A stretch of 64,000 nt of DNA. Origin: Eremomyces bilateralis CBS 781.70. Its lineage: Eukaryota. Position 1 is the first letter of the stretch. Every line of letters begins with the position of its first letter. Both the position numbers and the translations under genes were made by a program. Where the stretch lies: assembly GCA_010015585.1 (NCBI GenBank), contig ML975161.1; one strand, written 5' to 3'. The notes beneath the pieces were generated by a model. The model did not search any database. It was given only the letters and a program-made list of their open reading frames with translations, and was not told the origin of the DNA. This document shows, one piece after another, positions 62,127 through 64,000 of this stretch.

Positions 62127-63756
62127 ATGGTATGCTTCCTCATCTCAGCACCTCCTTGCGCTAATATTGGTGTAGGTTGTCCTTGCGGCTTCAATATGCA
62201 CCCGAGGGGGGAAGGCTGTCATCTCGAGACAGTTTCGGGAAATGCAAAGATCTCGAATTGAGGGTTTGCTTGCCTCGTTCCCCAAACTCGCCGATTCCGG
62301 AACCCAACATACAACCGTCGAGCAGGACAATGTCCGTTTCGTATATCAGCCATTGGACGAGCTCTATATGGTCTTGATCACCAACCGACAATCGAACATC
62401 CTTCAAGATATCGACTCGTTACATCTCTTTGCTCAAGTGGTCAGCAGTATATGCAAGAGTCTTGATGAGAAGGAGATCCTGCGCAACGCCTTTGAGTTGC
62501 TAGGCGCTTTCGATGAGCTAGTGACCCTGGGATACCGAGAGAATCTCACTATGGCCCAGATCAAGACGTTCCTCGATATGGAGAGTCATGAGGAGCGTAT
62601 CCAAGAAATCATTGCCCGCAACAAAGAAATGGAGGCGAGCGAAGAGCGCAAGAAGAAGGCGAAGCAACTGGATATGCAGCGAAAGGAGATGACCCGGAAC
62701 GCTCGTCAAGGCATGCCCCCTCGAGTTCCGTCATATCCAACATATACCCCGCCTGTTCAAGCATCGGTACCGGACACATACGATAGCTACAATTCGGAAA
62801 GGAACAAGCCCACCAAGTCCATGCCTCTCCGTAGCAAAGGCTTGCAGTTGGGCAAGAAGTCCAAAACCAGCAATATGTACGATCAAGTTCGCGAGGAACT
62901 CGGTCCGGAAGAATCCGCACCATTGGTGTCTCCAGCCTATACCCCCCAAGCTGCAGCTACACCAGCACGAACTTCGCTATCAGGGGAAGACCCAGTTCAT
63001 ATCACCCTTGCCGAATCCATCAACGCCAAAGTCAGCCGAGAGGGCACGTTGGAATCACTCGATGTAAAGGGTACTCTGCAACTCAGAATAACCGATCCGT
63101 CATTCACATCTGTGAAGTTGGACTTGGCTGTGGGCAACAGTCGAGGTGCTCAACTCTTCTCCCATCCGAAAGTGGACAAGAACCTCTTCCGAACCTCCAA
63201 GGTCATTCAACTCGCCGACCCTTCCAAGGGAGGCTTCCCGGTCAGACAATCTATCGGAGTGATGCGATGGACTCTTTCACCAAAAGTAGCCGACATCGAT
63301 GATCCTCCCATCACTTTTACAGTCTGGGTCAACGATGCTGGGCCAGATACCTGGAATGTCACGGTGGAATACGAATGGACGGGAAGTGATCCACTCAAAG
63401 ATGTTATCGTGTCCATTCCATACAGCACGAGCGAGCCATCGATCTCCAGTTTCGATTCCATCTATGAAGTTTCAGGGGATAGCATTGACTGGACCATTGG
63501 AGGTATTGACAATGCCAACCCCAACGGTTCCTTCGAGTTCGAGGCACAAGCCGAGAGTGATTCGGAGTTCTTCCCAATGAGTGTTAGCTTTACGAAGACA
63601 AAACCCTTCGTGGAGGTCGATGTAAGTTTATTGTTGATATTCTACAAGCACAGCTAACACCAACAGGTCTCATCCGTCACACTGTTGGGTATGAACGAAG
63701 AAGTTCCTTTCACGAAAGAGGTGAAGTCGGTCGCGGACAAGTATCTGATTGGGTGA
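62127..63756 (+). CDS. RET2: Coatomer subunit delta (delta-COP); introns 62130-62175 and 63622-63666
   Basis: M^VVLAASICTRGGKAVISRQFREMQRSRIEGLLASFPKL..VRFVYQPLDELY..SNILQDIDSL..MESHEERIQ; mu-homology C-terminus HPKVDK..FFPMSVSF. Confidence 0.97.
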
Positions 63757-64000
63757 TATGGTCCTACCTATAATGACAATGGCCAAGTTCAAGGCGTTTG
63801 GGTAGTATTACTTGATAGAATGAGAGGTGGCGGTTATGGAGGCCTATGCGCTGTAGTCCTACCTTTAAAATGAGCACTCGATAGGTCATTTCCTCCATGT
63901 TACCCGACTTCATTACGTGACTTCTGATATAATATCAAATGCTATGCAGGGGATAACTTACGAATGAGTGCAACGCTGTGTCTCTCGTGTGTAATATCAG

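Overview
This is eukaryotic DNA from a filamentous ascomycete, with short GT-AG introns, CTRAC branch points and dispersed 5S genes. Conserved housekeeping genes are BNI4-like, TCTP/TMA19, SUR2, an AMPK-beta/CBM48-like domain gene, a VHS-GAT adaptor, a NIPA/DUF803 transporter, DUF2420 and delta-COP. They alternate with decaying accessory stretches. (i) About 1-9 kb holds orphan or decayed ORFs and an intron-containing tRNA-Ile(AAT) with a foldback element just upstream. (ii) About 13-26 kb holds a long-TIR DD34E Tc1/IS630 element with a second ORF, an intact aldehyde-reductase SDR and a DUF3435 (Starship captain-type) tyrosine recombinase pseudogene. (iii) About 36-52 kb holds a pogo/Fot1 fragment, an HNH nuclease and two intact tandem 5S rRNA genes. 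The main discovery is a third 5S gene that is split: nt 1-23 lie at 41470-41492 and nt 85-119 at 51732-51766. The ~10.2 kb between them has an 11/12 inverted terminal motif and a truncated, inward-pointing captain-like gene at the right end. Its cargo is an HNH nuclease, an AA11 LPMO remnant, an intact Zn2Cys6+RTA1 pair, an SDR pseudogene and a HVA1-Tudor gene. I interpret it as a miniature, derelict 5S-targeting Starship-like element. All family assignments come from motif recognition by eye, not database searches.
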